A stretch of 63,834 nt of DNA, filler included, from Collodictyon triciliatum (Eukaryota): NCBI GenBank assembly GCA_043381765.1. It is 18 parts of 18 records of this genome, joined end to end, with 100 filler letters (N's around TTAATTAATTAA, not from the genome) between each part and the next. Parts side by side here need not be neighbours in the genome. Positions count along the whole stretch, not along the records: positions 39,700 to 43,200 come from JBHJMP010007237.1; positions 43,301 to 46,799 come from JBHJMP010007238.1; positions 46,900 to 50,400 come from JBHJMP010007239.1; positions 50,501 to 54,001 come from JBHJMP010007240.1; positions 54,102 to 57,601 come from JBHJMP010007241.1; 13 more parts are not named here. One strand, 5' to 3'. The notes beneath the pieces were generated by a model, which searched no databases, was not told where the DNA came from, and saw only the letters and a list, made by a program, of their open reading frames with translations. Both the position numbers and the translations under genes were made by a program. Within the stretch, counting starts at the first letter, position 1; each line of letters opens with the position of its first letter. Of this stretch, positions 42,426 to 54,869 are shown in pieces.

Positions 42426-43300
42426 ACGATTCTCCTCGGCCCAATCACAATTGGAGCACTCCTTTTCTTAATCTTCTTCTTTCTTTTTTTTTTATTTCCT
42501 TTTTATTTCATCTTTCTCTTACAAAGCTGGCCCTATACATATAGACTCGAGGGAATGCTATTGACGGAGGGTTGAGTTTGGAATAGAATAAAATGCAGAA
42601 GCTAATAGCAATCTTGGCGCTTTATCGCGAATACTCCGCTCCGCCCTCGCACGCAACAAAAAAAACTGCCGAACATTCACTGAATCAGCGTCTATCCAAT
42701 TATGGAATATATAATCAAACATTACATCGGCCTCTAATTAGACGATTACAACGCTATTATCGACACGATTCCGATATTCCAATAGACTACACTAATTTAT
42801 TAAGAGTTCTACTGTCACAACTCACTTTAAACTACGACATCCTTCAATTCTGCAACCAAATAGGAATCACCTGGACGAGCACTGCGGCACACATATTCCT
42901 TGCGTTCTCTTTCTTTCTCTCCTTCGCCTTTGCCTTCGCCTTCGTTTGAGGAACTCTGAATGCGGCGATGTGTGTTGTGTACGTTGAATCGGTGCAGGCG
43001 GCGTTTCTTTCGGCAGTCTGCGTGCTTTGCTTCTCCTCTGTTTTGGAGGCGCAGGCCTACCTGAGTTTCCGACAACCGAGCCCCTGCTTGTGAACGGAAA
43101 GGAATAAAAGAAAGAAGAAAGAAGAAAGAAGAAAGAAGAAAGAAGAAAGAAGAAAGAAGAAAGAAGAAAGAAGAAAGAAGAAAGAAGAAAGAAGAAAGAA
43201 NNNNNNNNNNNNNNNNNNNNNNNNNNNNNNNNNNNNNNNNNNNNTTAATTAATTAANNNNNNNNNNNNNNNNNNNNNNNNNNNNNNNNNNNNNNNNNNNN

Positions 43301-43378
<78 letters not shown>

Positions 43379-43581
43379 TAATAATAATAATAACAATAAC
43401 AACAACAATAATAATAATAATCGGTTGCAGAAGGAGAATTCACATTATCAATTGAGACAAAAAAAATTTCTCGAATGGTAGTTACATGGAAAAAATAAAA
43501 ATAAAAAACAACTCATGGTTGACATAAATGAGTATATTGTCACCTAGGAACTGGTTTTGTGATTTGAGAAAATGAGAGGAA

Positions 43582-44532
43582 CCTTTTTGAACGATGTAAT
43601 TAGTATTGGCGGCGATTTGCTGAGGATGCCAAGCTCGCTGGCCCAAGTGTCTCCGTTGCAGCATGCATAATGTCCAACAAAGGCACAGGCCAGGAATGTG
43701 AGCCACGGATTCACGTCAGAACTCAGACACACTGCATGGTCGGAGGAGGATGCTTGATAGAGAAGCGAAGCCAAAGTGCCTGCTAGTCCATTACAGAATA
43801 CCTATAGCACTCGTGGTAAGGCAATCACATCACAGCATGAAATAAACCATTCCAAACTATCATACAATAGGTCTCTGCTTCGATAGAACTTTGAGAGGGA
43901 GATTAAAAGGTAAGAAAGGAAGGGAAGAGAAGGGAGAGAAGGGAAGAGCTAGAAAGCTACTATGTGGTGTAACTGCATGAGAAAATGGAAGGCACATTCC
44001 AAAGATTCTCTATATCGCCAAGGTCCCTTTTCAGAGGCATACCTGAATTGCATTTCTCTGGCTGCTGTGGGTGTAATCGTCGTCGAGTTTCTTTTTCGTG
44101 TCAGCGCCAAACTTTGTCAGAATGGTGGATGAAGCAAAGAAAAACATCAACGAAGCAAAGAATCGCAGGCCCGAAGCTGTAGTGAAGAAGCCAACAACCC
44201 TGTATCAACGAAACAGTCCATTAGCTGCCCCGCTCGAAAGGCGGAGGGAGAAATGACATGTGTTTGTGATGCGATATGAAAATGACCTTGTCTACAGCTC
44301 GGATATATTATATACATGTATATGTATTGATAGGTGATTTACTAATTGATTCATTGAGTTATTTCTCTCTCTCTCTCTCTCTCTCTCCCTCAAATAAAGA
44401 TTTGCGTTTCACCAACCAGGCAGAGACTGCTCCGGAGTTTGTCAAGCTCTTTTTGCGCAGTGCGTAGAGGGAAATCAGCAAGCTGACCCACGCCGAAAAC
44501 ATAAACCAGACGGGATCAAACACAGCAAACAT
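43582..44532 (-). CDS. TMEM19: TMEM19 / DUF92 membrane protein (3' truncated)
   Basis: [69 protein letters not shown]. Confidence 0.92.
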
Positions 44533-45055
44533 GGCGGGTTCCTCCCTCTTTGATTCCTTTTCTACTTGAAGGCCGCCGAAGATGCGCTGCAGAATAGAAA
44601 ACGAAAAAGAAAAAGAACAGATAAAAAAAAGACCAGGAAAAGAGAAAAAATTAGAAAAGAAATGAAAAGAAAAGAATAGAAAAGAAAAGAAACGAAAAAA
44701 AAAAAGAATAGAAAAGAAAAGAAACGAAAAGAATAGAAAAGAATAGAAAAGAAAAGAAACGAAAAGAAAAAAAATGAAATGAAATGAAATGAAAAGAAAA
44801 AGAGTTTCCAAGCCGTTCACTGATTGACATCCAGAACGGCACAAAGCAGACATATTCCAAATTTGGCATGATTACACCACCTTTGCACAGCCCCAAACAT
44901 CAAACCACCAAGCTTTCCCTTCCCCTTCGTTTTTTTTCCAGGCGCTTTGGCAGGTGAGAAAAAGAGAAGAAAGAAGGAAAGAAAGAAAGAGAGTAAAAAC
45001 AAGCCAAAGATCGCCGACACTTTGCCGCAAAAGCAAGCAGCCTCGCATCCAATTC

Positions 45056-45508
45056 ATGTCCCTCCCGCAAAAGAAGCGTTACATAGAAGGAGTTGGCCAG
45101 AATTCGGTATGTCTTGATCTCTTCTTTTTCTTTTTCTGTTTTCTTTCTCTCTTTCTTTTCTTATTCTTTTTTTTTTTTTTCCATTCTTTCATTTCATTCG
45201 ACCATATCTTTGGATTAAGCTAGAAATCTATTGCTTCGGAAAGCGTTCTGCAAAGATAACCGTACCACCTTTTCCTTTATTTTCTTTTCATTATGTTGGA
45301 GCTCTCGTTTCAGGATATCGCAGGAACTGACTCTGCTTTTTTATTTTATTTTTGTCCGTGTCTGTGCGCAGCTGGTCTCTCTCAAGGCAACACTCTTCAG
45401 ACATGAGAAGGCAACAAAGAGGAACAAAGCTGCAGATGATGACCACGGAGTCTCTAATGCTCCGCTGGGCCTTCCACACAAACTAGACGGGAAGTCTGCT
45501 CCCTTGAG
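45056..45508 (+). CDS. CCDC174: CCDC174-like protein, first two exons
   Basis: MSLPQKKRYIEGVGQNS|LVSLKATLFRHEK resembles the recalled N-terminal motif (IEGVG.SS..LKA.L[FY]) of the CCDC174 family. Confidence 0.6.
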
Positions 45509-46722
45509 TATGGTTCGATTGGACTCGGTGTGTTTTTTGACATCCTGATTTTGCTTCCATTTATACGATATCCTCATGGTCTTTTGTTTGTTTNNNNNNN
45601 NNNNNNNNNNNNNNNNNNNNNNNNNNNNNNNNNNNNNNNNNNNNNNNNNNNNNNNNNNNNNNNNNNNNNNNNNNNNNNNNNNNNNNNNNNNNNNNNNNNN
45701 NNCTTGTTCGAAGAGATGCGACGCAAGTCGCTGTTTTCGATGCGCGGAGGCCGCAACCAAACCCTGCCGCAGCTGATTTGTGATTGATCATCCAAGGCTG
45801 CAAGCGAGCGATCTTGTGGCGCTTGTTATACCTGCGTGCCCATGCCTTTTTTGTATCCACGCCGGAAAGTTGAGTTGCCGTCATATATTTTCCAGAAATG
45901 GATAAACGAAAACAAAATACAAAAGGCACAGAACGAAAATGGAGCAACGGATTCTTTTCACAAAAACTAAAATAGATCAACACCAATAGTGGAAATCCAA
46001 ATTTGGTGACAGCTGTGATTTTGCCATATTTCGTGTGTTGGATTGGTGTTGGCCGAGCCTATTGAGCAAGCCGAGAATTCTAAAGAGTGGTTGGTGTTGG
46101 AGGAAACCCGCTGCGACATAGAAAAGCACGGAAATCAGAGAGTCGGGCAGAACATTGCGACTTCATTGCCCAGACTGGGCTCCACGAAACAATGTGCGCG
46201 AGCGACGACTCTTTTCCCACTCCTGCCCTCTGCTCTGCAGCGCAATGACTCTGCACTGTTTTCGGCCTCGGGGCTCCTCCTTCACCCTGCAAATGCCAAA
46301 CCAGTTTGATCGCTTGTTCGCTGTGCAATTCGATGGCGGCTGCATCCTTTGTATGGCATGATAACTTTGAACACTGTGCCGCTTATTGACACAATCGGAG
46401 AACCCGAATAGCCTTTCATTCATCTGCCAGAGACCCTCGCTGTCGATGATCTACATTCCTTTTCAGCTTACTGCAATGTCCACAAAAGCAATGATCGATC
46501 AACACAAGGACGCCACCTTTGATCCTGCCACTGGACACAACATCCAACCCATCCGACCGTCACACCTTATTTTTTTTATTTTTGGTTGTTTTGGCGATAT
46601 GCAACTAGGATTTATTGTATTGTTTGTTTCTTAATTCTTGCAGTATTTGCCCGGGCCATTGCCTGTCTTCCAATCCTCACTGGTCGGTTTCTTTCCTTTT
46701 CTTTCTTTTCTTTCTTTTCTTT

Positions 46723-46766
<44 letters not shown>

Positions 46767-46899
46767 TTTTCTTTCTTTTTTCTTTCTTTCTTTCTTTCTN
46801 NNNNNNNNNNNNNNNNNNNNNNNNNNNNNNNNNNNNNNNNNNNTTAATTAATTAANNNNNNNNNNNNNNNNNNNNNNNNNNNNNNNNNNNNNNNNNNNN

Positions 46900-46980
<81 letters not shown>

Positions 46981-47439
46981 GGAACAAAAAAGATTGAGCT
47001 CTAGCCATCGACCCACGGGCAGCAAGATTAGTATGAATATAATGCTCAGTGTTAGTTGCTCTGATTCATTCATCTGTTTTTTATCTTTTTTTCTTTTTTT
47101 CTTTTTTCTTATTCTTCGGTCTCATTCAGCCTGTAAATGGATTAACTTCATTACAAAGGTTATGACAAACTTGGTTTTATCCATTTCAAGGCACAACGAT
47201 TTTTTACAATGAAAGTGTACCCATATATAGCAGTTTATTGCACAGACAACCATCGAATTAAATCTACATCGACAAAAGCAGGAGCTTTGATGAATCCAAG
47301 AAGCAAACTGAATAATATAATAGTATAATTAGTTTATATGATAAGGTTTAAAATACTTTATAATCTCATTTTATTCCTATAAACAATTTATATTTTATTT
47401 TATATTAAGTAATTTTATCATTATAATTCAAAAATTACA

Positions 47440-49926
47440 AAGAAGCCCTTGCCTTAGCCCAGACAGAACCCATCCTATAAACCTGCCACCAAACATGCAT
47501 TTCAAAAAAGCATACTATCCACACTTGCGGCAGTAATCATGTTATTTGGGGCCGATATGTTGACTTTCAGTCGCAATCGCTATACGGCTGTCCTTTCGAA
47601 CTCGCCGAATGGGCTCTCAGCGTTTTGTCTCAAATCATTTATAAAAAACTTTGTGAGTCTGATTGCCACAATGCGCTTTTTTTGAGAGTCTCGGTAGATG
47701 CTTAATTTTACCTAAATTGATTTTATGTAGATTATTATTTATTTATCAAATTGACTAATTAACTAAAGATTTGTTAAAATTGGAAACTCGGTAGTTTTCT
47801 AAAGGAAAAAGTAAAACAAAGACTTTCAGATGAAGTAAAGAAAACGACTTGAGTCCGAGAATCTCAAGTCTGTAAAACCATACTATCGAAATGTCAAAGC
47901 ATCTCTAAAGTCGGTTGCAAAGAATGCGGATGATTATTACAAAATCAACGATACGTTTTTATTGTGTCATAATTTGGTTACTGACACTTATATGTTTGCA
48001 AGATGTTACATATTGAAATCATAACAACTCCCAACAATAGATGAAATGTTTTTTGTATGCTTTAAAGGCAGTCGGAGTAGTTTCACAAGGTAGACCCGCA
48101 AGATTAAAAATTACCAGATATAAGAGATGGCATGATGACATTTTATGTCAATGTTTTTCGATTCCTTTTGTCCCGAGAAGGACGCTTTCTGTTGGTTAGA
48201 CTGTCTCATGTATCACCGTACTTGGCGAAGCAAATGTTTACAGCTTATCGTAATAACATCAAGGAGTATTTTGTAAAGAGGTTACTGCGCTTTATAAATC
48301 AAACAGTTCCTAAAGATGAGAATACTACGGAAGCTGTTAAAAAAGGCAGAGTTACGAAAGTTAAAAAAAGCCACCTTCGAGAATCTCGAAATACCGAAAC
48401 AATATGAAGAATGGGCTGCAATACATTTGCATCATATCATTCCCAGCGATATTGTAAACGGTATCGAATATGACATCAAAGTTAATCCAAATAAGTACAT
48501 TCCATGTCTGATTTACATGAATCGCATTTTTGAGGACATTGGAACCAAAAACTGTTTCAACCAATCCCTATAAGAACTATCAATATACCATGTCATATTA
48601 CTTTAAATAACGCATGTTTGATAGATCTATTAGTATAAACTGGAAAAACAGGATTTATGAATATTATATCAGGATACAAAGAGACCCTATTGGATGAGTT
48701 CTTTGAAATGAAGAAGAGGGTCTTTCATCAGACTACAATTTTAAAAACGTGATACAAACAGACAACTTGGCGGCATCATTTTTGTTTGAAAAGAAAGGTA
48801 TTTCAAATTCAAAATCCAAATATAATAAAAAAACTCAAGAATATGTTTATATAGATGAACTTTCCGAAGGGCAGTTATCTTTATCAGCGACAAAAAATAT
48901 GTAGTTGGAGTGGACGCAGGCAAGTTTAATTTGGTTTACATGGTGGATGAGACAGGTAAGAAATCACGTTACACGACTACCAAAGAAGACATGATAGCAA
49001 ATCTCTTTAAAATCACAAAATACTCTTGCGCGAGAAAAAAGAAAAGTACAATTATTCAGGGATGTGCATGGCAACAGATTTACAAAGTGCTGTTTCTTTT
49101 GGTCATATGGCTTTTGAAGAGAATCAGCGGTTTGAGACATCAAGAGTATCATTAATCGATTTAGAGACAGGACTGAGTAAACAAAATTCATGCGCGGTCG
49201 ATTATGAAAAATTTCGAGAATATGTATCTATGAAACCAAGATACCACATAGGATTTTCCAGATTTTATGAACACGTAACTTTTCGAAAGATGATATGGAG
49301 ACAGTCTGTTAATACAAAAAAAGAAGTGAAGAATTGTTTATGGACCGAATCGAAAAGGCATTTGGCAAGGATGTTGTACTGGTGTATGGAGACTGGAGCA
49401 GAAAATGTCAGATGAAACATTTTATGCCAACAATCGGAAGAGGATTACGAAAAATACTATCCAAACGTTTTGAAACAGTTAGCGTAGATGAATTTAGAAC
49501 CTCAAGATGTGATGCAACTGCAAAAAAGAACTGGGTTATATGTGAAACCGAAAGGAAATTCAAAAAAATATGTATAGATGTCTCACATGTCAGGAATGCA
49601 ATCGCTCAGAAAGCGAACAAAGTGTATTCTTGACAAGGGACTTTATCAGCGCTAAATATATACTCCAAGTTCTTTTTATCCTACAAAATATGCCTACACC
49701 TTTCTCTAAAAAATCAGGCTTTTGGGTCTTTCCTGGCAGCCTTCACCACTACACGATCTTTGTGAAAAAAGTGGCGAGACCTTGGATACTAGCAGACCAG
49801 GTTTATCAATCGAAAGATTTAGTATACCCCTTCTAGTAGAAAAATAAATTTGCAGAATAAGTGCAAACTTTAGAGAGCGCATAATTTTTAAGGTCCGACA
49901 TATGCATGTTAAGGACTGGCGGTGCA
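47440..49926 (+). mobile_element. Non-autonomous Fanzor-carrying DNA element (left boundary approximate)
   Basis: GC-richer non-coding segment + Fanzor pseudogene + structured right end, set in AT-rich flanks; no transposase seen. Confidence 0.55.
47802..49690 (+). pseudogene. Fanzor1-type (eukaryotic TnpB) RNA-guided endonuclease, intronless, disrupted by many frameshifts/stops
   Basis: Stitched frames: YRNVKASLKSV..INDT..LVTDTYMFAR..LPTIDE; QMFTAYRNNIKEYF..LLRFIN; LFQPIPIRT..P.HI; IQTDNLAASFLF; VVGVDAGKFNLVY (RuvC-I D 48913); FRKMIWR; VVLVYGDWS..GLRKILSKRF..VDEFRTSRC (E 49490); LTCQEC (Zn finger); TRD (RuvC-III D 49639). Confidence 0.9.
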
Positions 49927-49945
49927 TAAGTATATTAATTTTTTA
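49700..49945 (+). ncRNA. Putative Fanzor omega RNA scaffold plus flank-derived guide
   Basis: Directly 3' of RuvC-III; several visible stems (49743-49777, 49786-49825 with AATC-GAAA-GATT, 49849-49867, 49893-49916), then abrupt switch to AT-rich DNA at ~49926. Confidence 0.6.
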
Positions 49946-50223
49946 ATTTTTGGTTTTTTTGTTGGCAGATTCTTTCTTGGGAAAGAGTGGCCCAGTTTGT
50001 TGGCCCAGTTCAGACCCCTCTACGAGCTGTTGGCTAATTTTCTGAAGAGAAATATGGCGATGTTAGAAAATAGGTTTCTTATTAAAAGAGTATACATTTA
50101 GAGTACAAGACGGTCTTTCTACCAAAATCAATCATCAAATACATGTGCATGCAAAGTTACTATACGCACGAAATAGTTGCATAAAACTTTTTTTTTTTGA
50201 ATATCATTAAAGAGAGTGTGTCG

Positions 50224-50225
50224 TG

Positions 50226-50298
<73 letters not shown>

Positions 50299-50303
50299 AA
50301 TTG

Positions 50304-50400
<97 letters not shown>
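50224..50400. repeat. (GTGAAA)n microsatellite at contig end
   Basis: Directly visible. Confidence 0.95.
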
Positions 50401-50722
50401 NNNNNNNNNNNNNNNNNNNNNNNNNNNNNNNNNNNNNNNNNNNNTTAATTAATTAANNNNNNNNNNNNNNNNNNNNNNNNNNNNNNNNNNNNNNNNNNNN
50501 CATTTATCTTTGTCTTTGTCTTTGTCTTTGTCTTTGTCTTTGTCTTTGTCTTTGTCTTTGTCTTTGTCTTTGTCTTTGTCTTTGTCTTTGTCTTTGTCTT
50601 TGCCGTTATCTCCACCACCGCCCGATTCGTCAATTTAAAAATAATAATAATAAAAAAAAACTCAACTCATGAAAAATTTGCTTTTGACAATCAAACGACA
50701 TGAAGAGAAAAGTGAAACACGA

Positions 50723-52941
50723 ATGAACAAGCACCAAACCTCCACATCTTCGTCCTCCTCCCGCTACCCCGCAGGCAATCATCATATCACACACCCCGAC
50801 CAAGGGAGCTCTCATGATTGCGCAAGGATGAGGTATGGCCTTCTGCCCTTAATTCTAAATTCCAGGAAAGAATATACAAGATTGGCCTGCGGATAGTAAC
50901 AATGGCTGCGTGGTCTTTTTTTGAGCAAGTGGGTCGGCAATACCACGTCAGCCATTATCAGGCAGCGTCATCGTTTGCACCGCTTTCGACTGGTGACGAC
51001 AAAGATGACACATATCTGACGATTTGATTGCAGCATAGAGACGGCGCTGTGACTCATTCTGATGATGGAGAATCGAACGCCTCTAGTAAATATTTATTTA
51101 TTGGATTTTATTGGATAAATGTGGACCATGCAATTCAAAACAAGATAGAGGTGACTGTATCGTCGAAAGAGTTTATTATAACTTCATTTTTTGGCTTTGT
51201 TGCAGAGAGCATATGGAATAAGCTAAGCTAGTGATTCTATTAAATATAAAATAAGGAACCAGCAATTTGTACAAATCTTATGATTCCAAAGCAGAATGTG
51301 TTTAGTTGCGTTACACACCGCTTTTGTCTTCTTGTATTGACCTTTTTTGACGACATGACACGATTGTGATTGATATAACACGTCTCGCCATTTCCACAGC
51401 TTATTTGAAATGATATTATTATTATTCTATTCAAATCTAATGATTGTGCAAAGGTAAATTATCTTATATTTGCAGTTTTTTTGACTATACTTTATCTTTT
51501 GGTTTGGTTGCCGACCACCTAGACCGTGTCTTGTCGTATTGCATTTTGGTATCAATCCACTACTTGAAAGGCACTCACTCTTCCCTGTTTTTTTTTTCCA
51601 ACAAGCCTTGTGCAATAAGTGAGCGTTGTTGCAGCGGCTGATTGTTCGCGGTGCATCATGATATAATTAAAAAAAAACTGCTGGTCATCAGTTTTTATTT
51701 TGTCGTCAAAGCTATCCTGTATCCTGTGATTTGAGATTTTATAAAAACTCAGCTTTTTTCTACATCATTTCGAGTGTATTATTTTCTTAAACTATTCAAT
51801 ACTATACTTCATGTGTTACTATCTTCGAAAGTCATATGTGTTGATGTATCTGCCAGTATGTATGAATTCAACTAGATTAAACTATCGGTCAGCTGGGAAT
51901 AAAATTGTAAAGACTATGAATTATTTGCTTACGTGATTTTTATGAAAATAAATACTCTAATTATGAATATTATTGAGAAAAGGAATATCAGGAAAAAAAG
52001 CATCACCTAGATGGAAAGTGAAGCCCAGTTGATGGATTCGCACATTATGGGAAATCAAAAAAGGTCAGCCCACTCATATTAATGAGCAAAGTTCGATAAC
52101 GTCATCTGATGATGCATCAGCTGCACTCTCCGAAAACAAAAATACGAATATTGAAATTATTGCCTACAGTGGGTTTCCTTCAAGCGACGATGACTCCGAT
52201 TCAAGAGACGGGTTGTCTGATCAAGAAAAGAAAATGAAGCGGTATTTACATATAGTTCATGGGTGAAAATGTTTATATATTTCAAAAGAAATATATGCCA
52301 TCTCTTGAATCAGCCATTATCGTGCAATGTTAAATGTTCAACGGCTAAAACTGACATCGGTTGTTACAGACTCCTTAAAAATCGGGAGTCCGCCCATCAG
52401 TCGCGTATTCGTAAGAAGACTTATATTTCTGAGTTGGAAAAGAGAACATCGGCATTAGCCTCTGCAAACTCCGACTTGCAAACCAAAGTCAGCACCCTCA
52501 ATACAGAGAACAAACTATTGAAAGACCAGCTCTCGTATCTCAGAGTGGTTCTATCCCAAGCAGCAACGAACACATATCATCCCCATGTCACAAGTGCACA
52601 TACAAACGCATTCCCTACTAACTTGGCGCAAAGCATTTTTCCTGGTTCCAACAACACAGCTGTTATCAATGCTGCATCTTCACATTCCCAAGGATCTTTA
52701 ATGAATGTAAGTCTGATGTTCTTTCGCAACTAGTAAAAACACATTCGAAAATAACAGCCCTGGTGTTGTTTGTCTCCCTTAAGTTGGGAGGGTATGAAAG
52801 AGAAATGGACGCAATATATTTGTAGTATTTTATTCAGCCTTCCCTTAAGATTGATGCTGACTTATAAAAACCTCGTAGCTTGGTCAAAGAACACTTTCAA
52901 GTGACTTTTTTGGTTTCTCATTTCATCCAAAGGAAAAATAA
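50723..52941 (+). CDS. bZIP transcription factor
   Basis: EKKMKR|LLKNRESAHQSRIRKKTYISELEKRTSALASANSDLQTKVSTLNTENKLLKDQLSYL (basic region + leucine heptads, ~52225-52545); 5' exons and final exon inferred. Confidence 0.88.
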
Positions 52942-53145
52942 AGCAGTTACTTTGCTCCCATTTTTCCATTTTCCTTCCTTTTTCTTTTCTGCCATTCCCT
53001 CCATTCCTTTCTGTGCAATTTTTCAGTCTCATTCTTGCCTCGTCAACTTGGAGGCGCTATCAATCATCACACATTGGAAATGATTTTTCCATAAATATTA
53101 TGTCCTTTGTTTGGCCTTGTTTAGCCTTTCCTGTCGTTCATTGTT

Positions 53146-53200
53146 ACAATTCGACATCTACTTTGAATCGAATAAAGGGAAAAAAAACAATTCGACATCT
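53146..53200 (+). mobile_element. Family 2 micro-insertion copy A with exact 14-bp TSD
   Basis: ACAATTCGACATCT at 53146-53159 and 53187-53200 flanks ACTTTGAATCGAATAAAGGG-A(n). Confidence 0.75.
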
Positions 53201-53448
53201 TTTACATAAATCATAAGGACACAGTTTCTTCGTATCAGTTGTTCTTTACTGCTAATGAGCCTCAAAACTGCCATGGAAGCCAAAAAAAAATAAAATAAGA
53301 ATTCTTGTTTGAATCAGCACCCATGCATGTTTATTTGCATTTCTGTTGGTAGTGGATATTATTGCATCATTTAATTTTAGAGATTATCTAATGCGTGGCC
53401 ATATAACAAAAATTCAACACGGCAGTTGGTCATCTATCGCAATTTTTT

Positions 53449-53508
53449 AACTTCCGTGCTTACCAATTGAATCGAACAAAGGGGGGAAAAAAAACTTTGT
53501 GCTTGCCA
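53449..53508 (+). mobile_element. Family 2 micro-insertion copy B with degenerate TSD
   Basis: TTGAATCGAACAAAGGGGGG-A(n) flanked by AACTTCCGTGCTTACCA / AACTTTGTGCTTGCCA. Confidence 0.6.
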
Positions 53509-53916
53509 CTCGATTTTTCCTTTGTTTAAACGATTGGAAGTTTCCCCCATTTTATCTTTTTTTTTTTTTTTTTTTAATGAGCGTATTCATAACTAGAAAT
53601 CGTTATGGAGGTTCGGTTAGTGAAATATTTTTCTTTACGCGTTTGGCAACATCCGTTGTCTGTTACAAGGTGGCTCGCCGCCGAACTGAAAATAAAGTTA
53701 GCAACAATAAGAAAAAATATCAACTTTATCAAGCCGCTTCAGATTATCAGCTTCTGAATGAAAGTAATGGGGCCACCATCCGAGTATCTCGGCCTATGTA
53801 AACATAACAAGGGTTTGAAAAAGATAGTAGCAACATGGGGTCGTGTTGCTATCTTTTTTTTTTTTTTGAGACTTCGTTCGGGTAGCCTCTCCCATGCAGA
53901 AGGAAAGAAAGAAGGA

Positions 53917-54000
<84 letters not shown>

Positions 54001-54115
54001 ANNNNNNNNNNNNNNNNNNNNNNNNNNNNNNNNNNNNNNNNNNNNTTAATTAATTAANNNNNNNNNNNNNNNNNNNNNNNNNNNNNNNNNNNNNNNNNNN
54101 NGAATCTTACTGACG

Positions 54116-54227
<112 letters not shown>

Positions 54228-54869
54228 TCATGAAGTCTATCTGGGTGGGAGAATGCAAAGGAATGGAAAAGAAAGTTGCACAGGTGGCCACATAAAAGAC
54301 GACAAACAAGACGCCGAAAGGAAAGATCACCTCCTGAAAGCGACTTTGTGCCTGGAAAATGACCTCCTGCACAGAAGTTGAGCTGGTCTCGTCGTTCATG
54401 CGATCGAGGCTTCCTGTCTGGAAAGATAATCACCAAAATGATTAAGACTTCTCGCCCGGACAAGAGACACGACCATGTGGCGAAGCTTTGCTGCTAATCC
54501 CAACGCACAAGCGCCTTTCTAAGAACAGACAACAGCAGCACACACAAACTCCATTGGCCCATTGGTCACTCAAATCAGGAAAAAGGTGTGTGCTTTGGGA
54601 ATTCCAGCAGACAGGCACCCGCGTTTTCTTTCTGGATGTTGTAGATGCCACATGCGGTTCGTTACAACAGCCACCCAGACTCCGCGGCACACAAAAGCTT
54701 TCTCTTCCTCGCGCTACCCAACATCCCCACAGCCACGCGAGGGAGGGGCAAAGTGAATTCTAAGCTTTCTTCTTATCCGTTCCTCTCTCACTCTCTCTCC
54801 CTTCTTCATTCTCCATTCTTTTCTTAATTTATTCATGTTTCCCTGGCTCCTTGCTTCGAAGCTTGGATT

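Noticed and set aside
50224-50400. (GTGAAA)n near the Fanzor as part of the element
   Set aside because: About 300 bp beyond the inferred right end and typical of the SSRs at which contigs break
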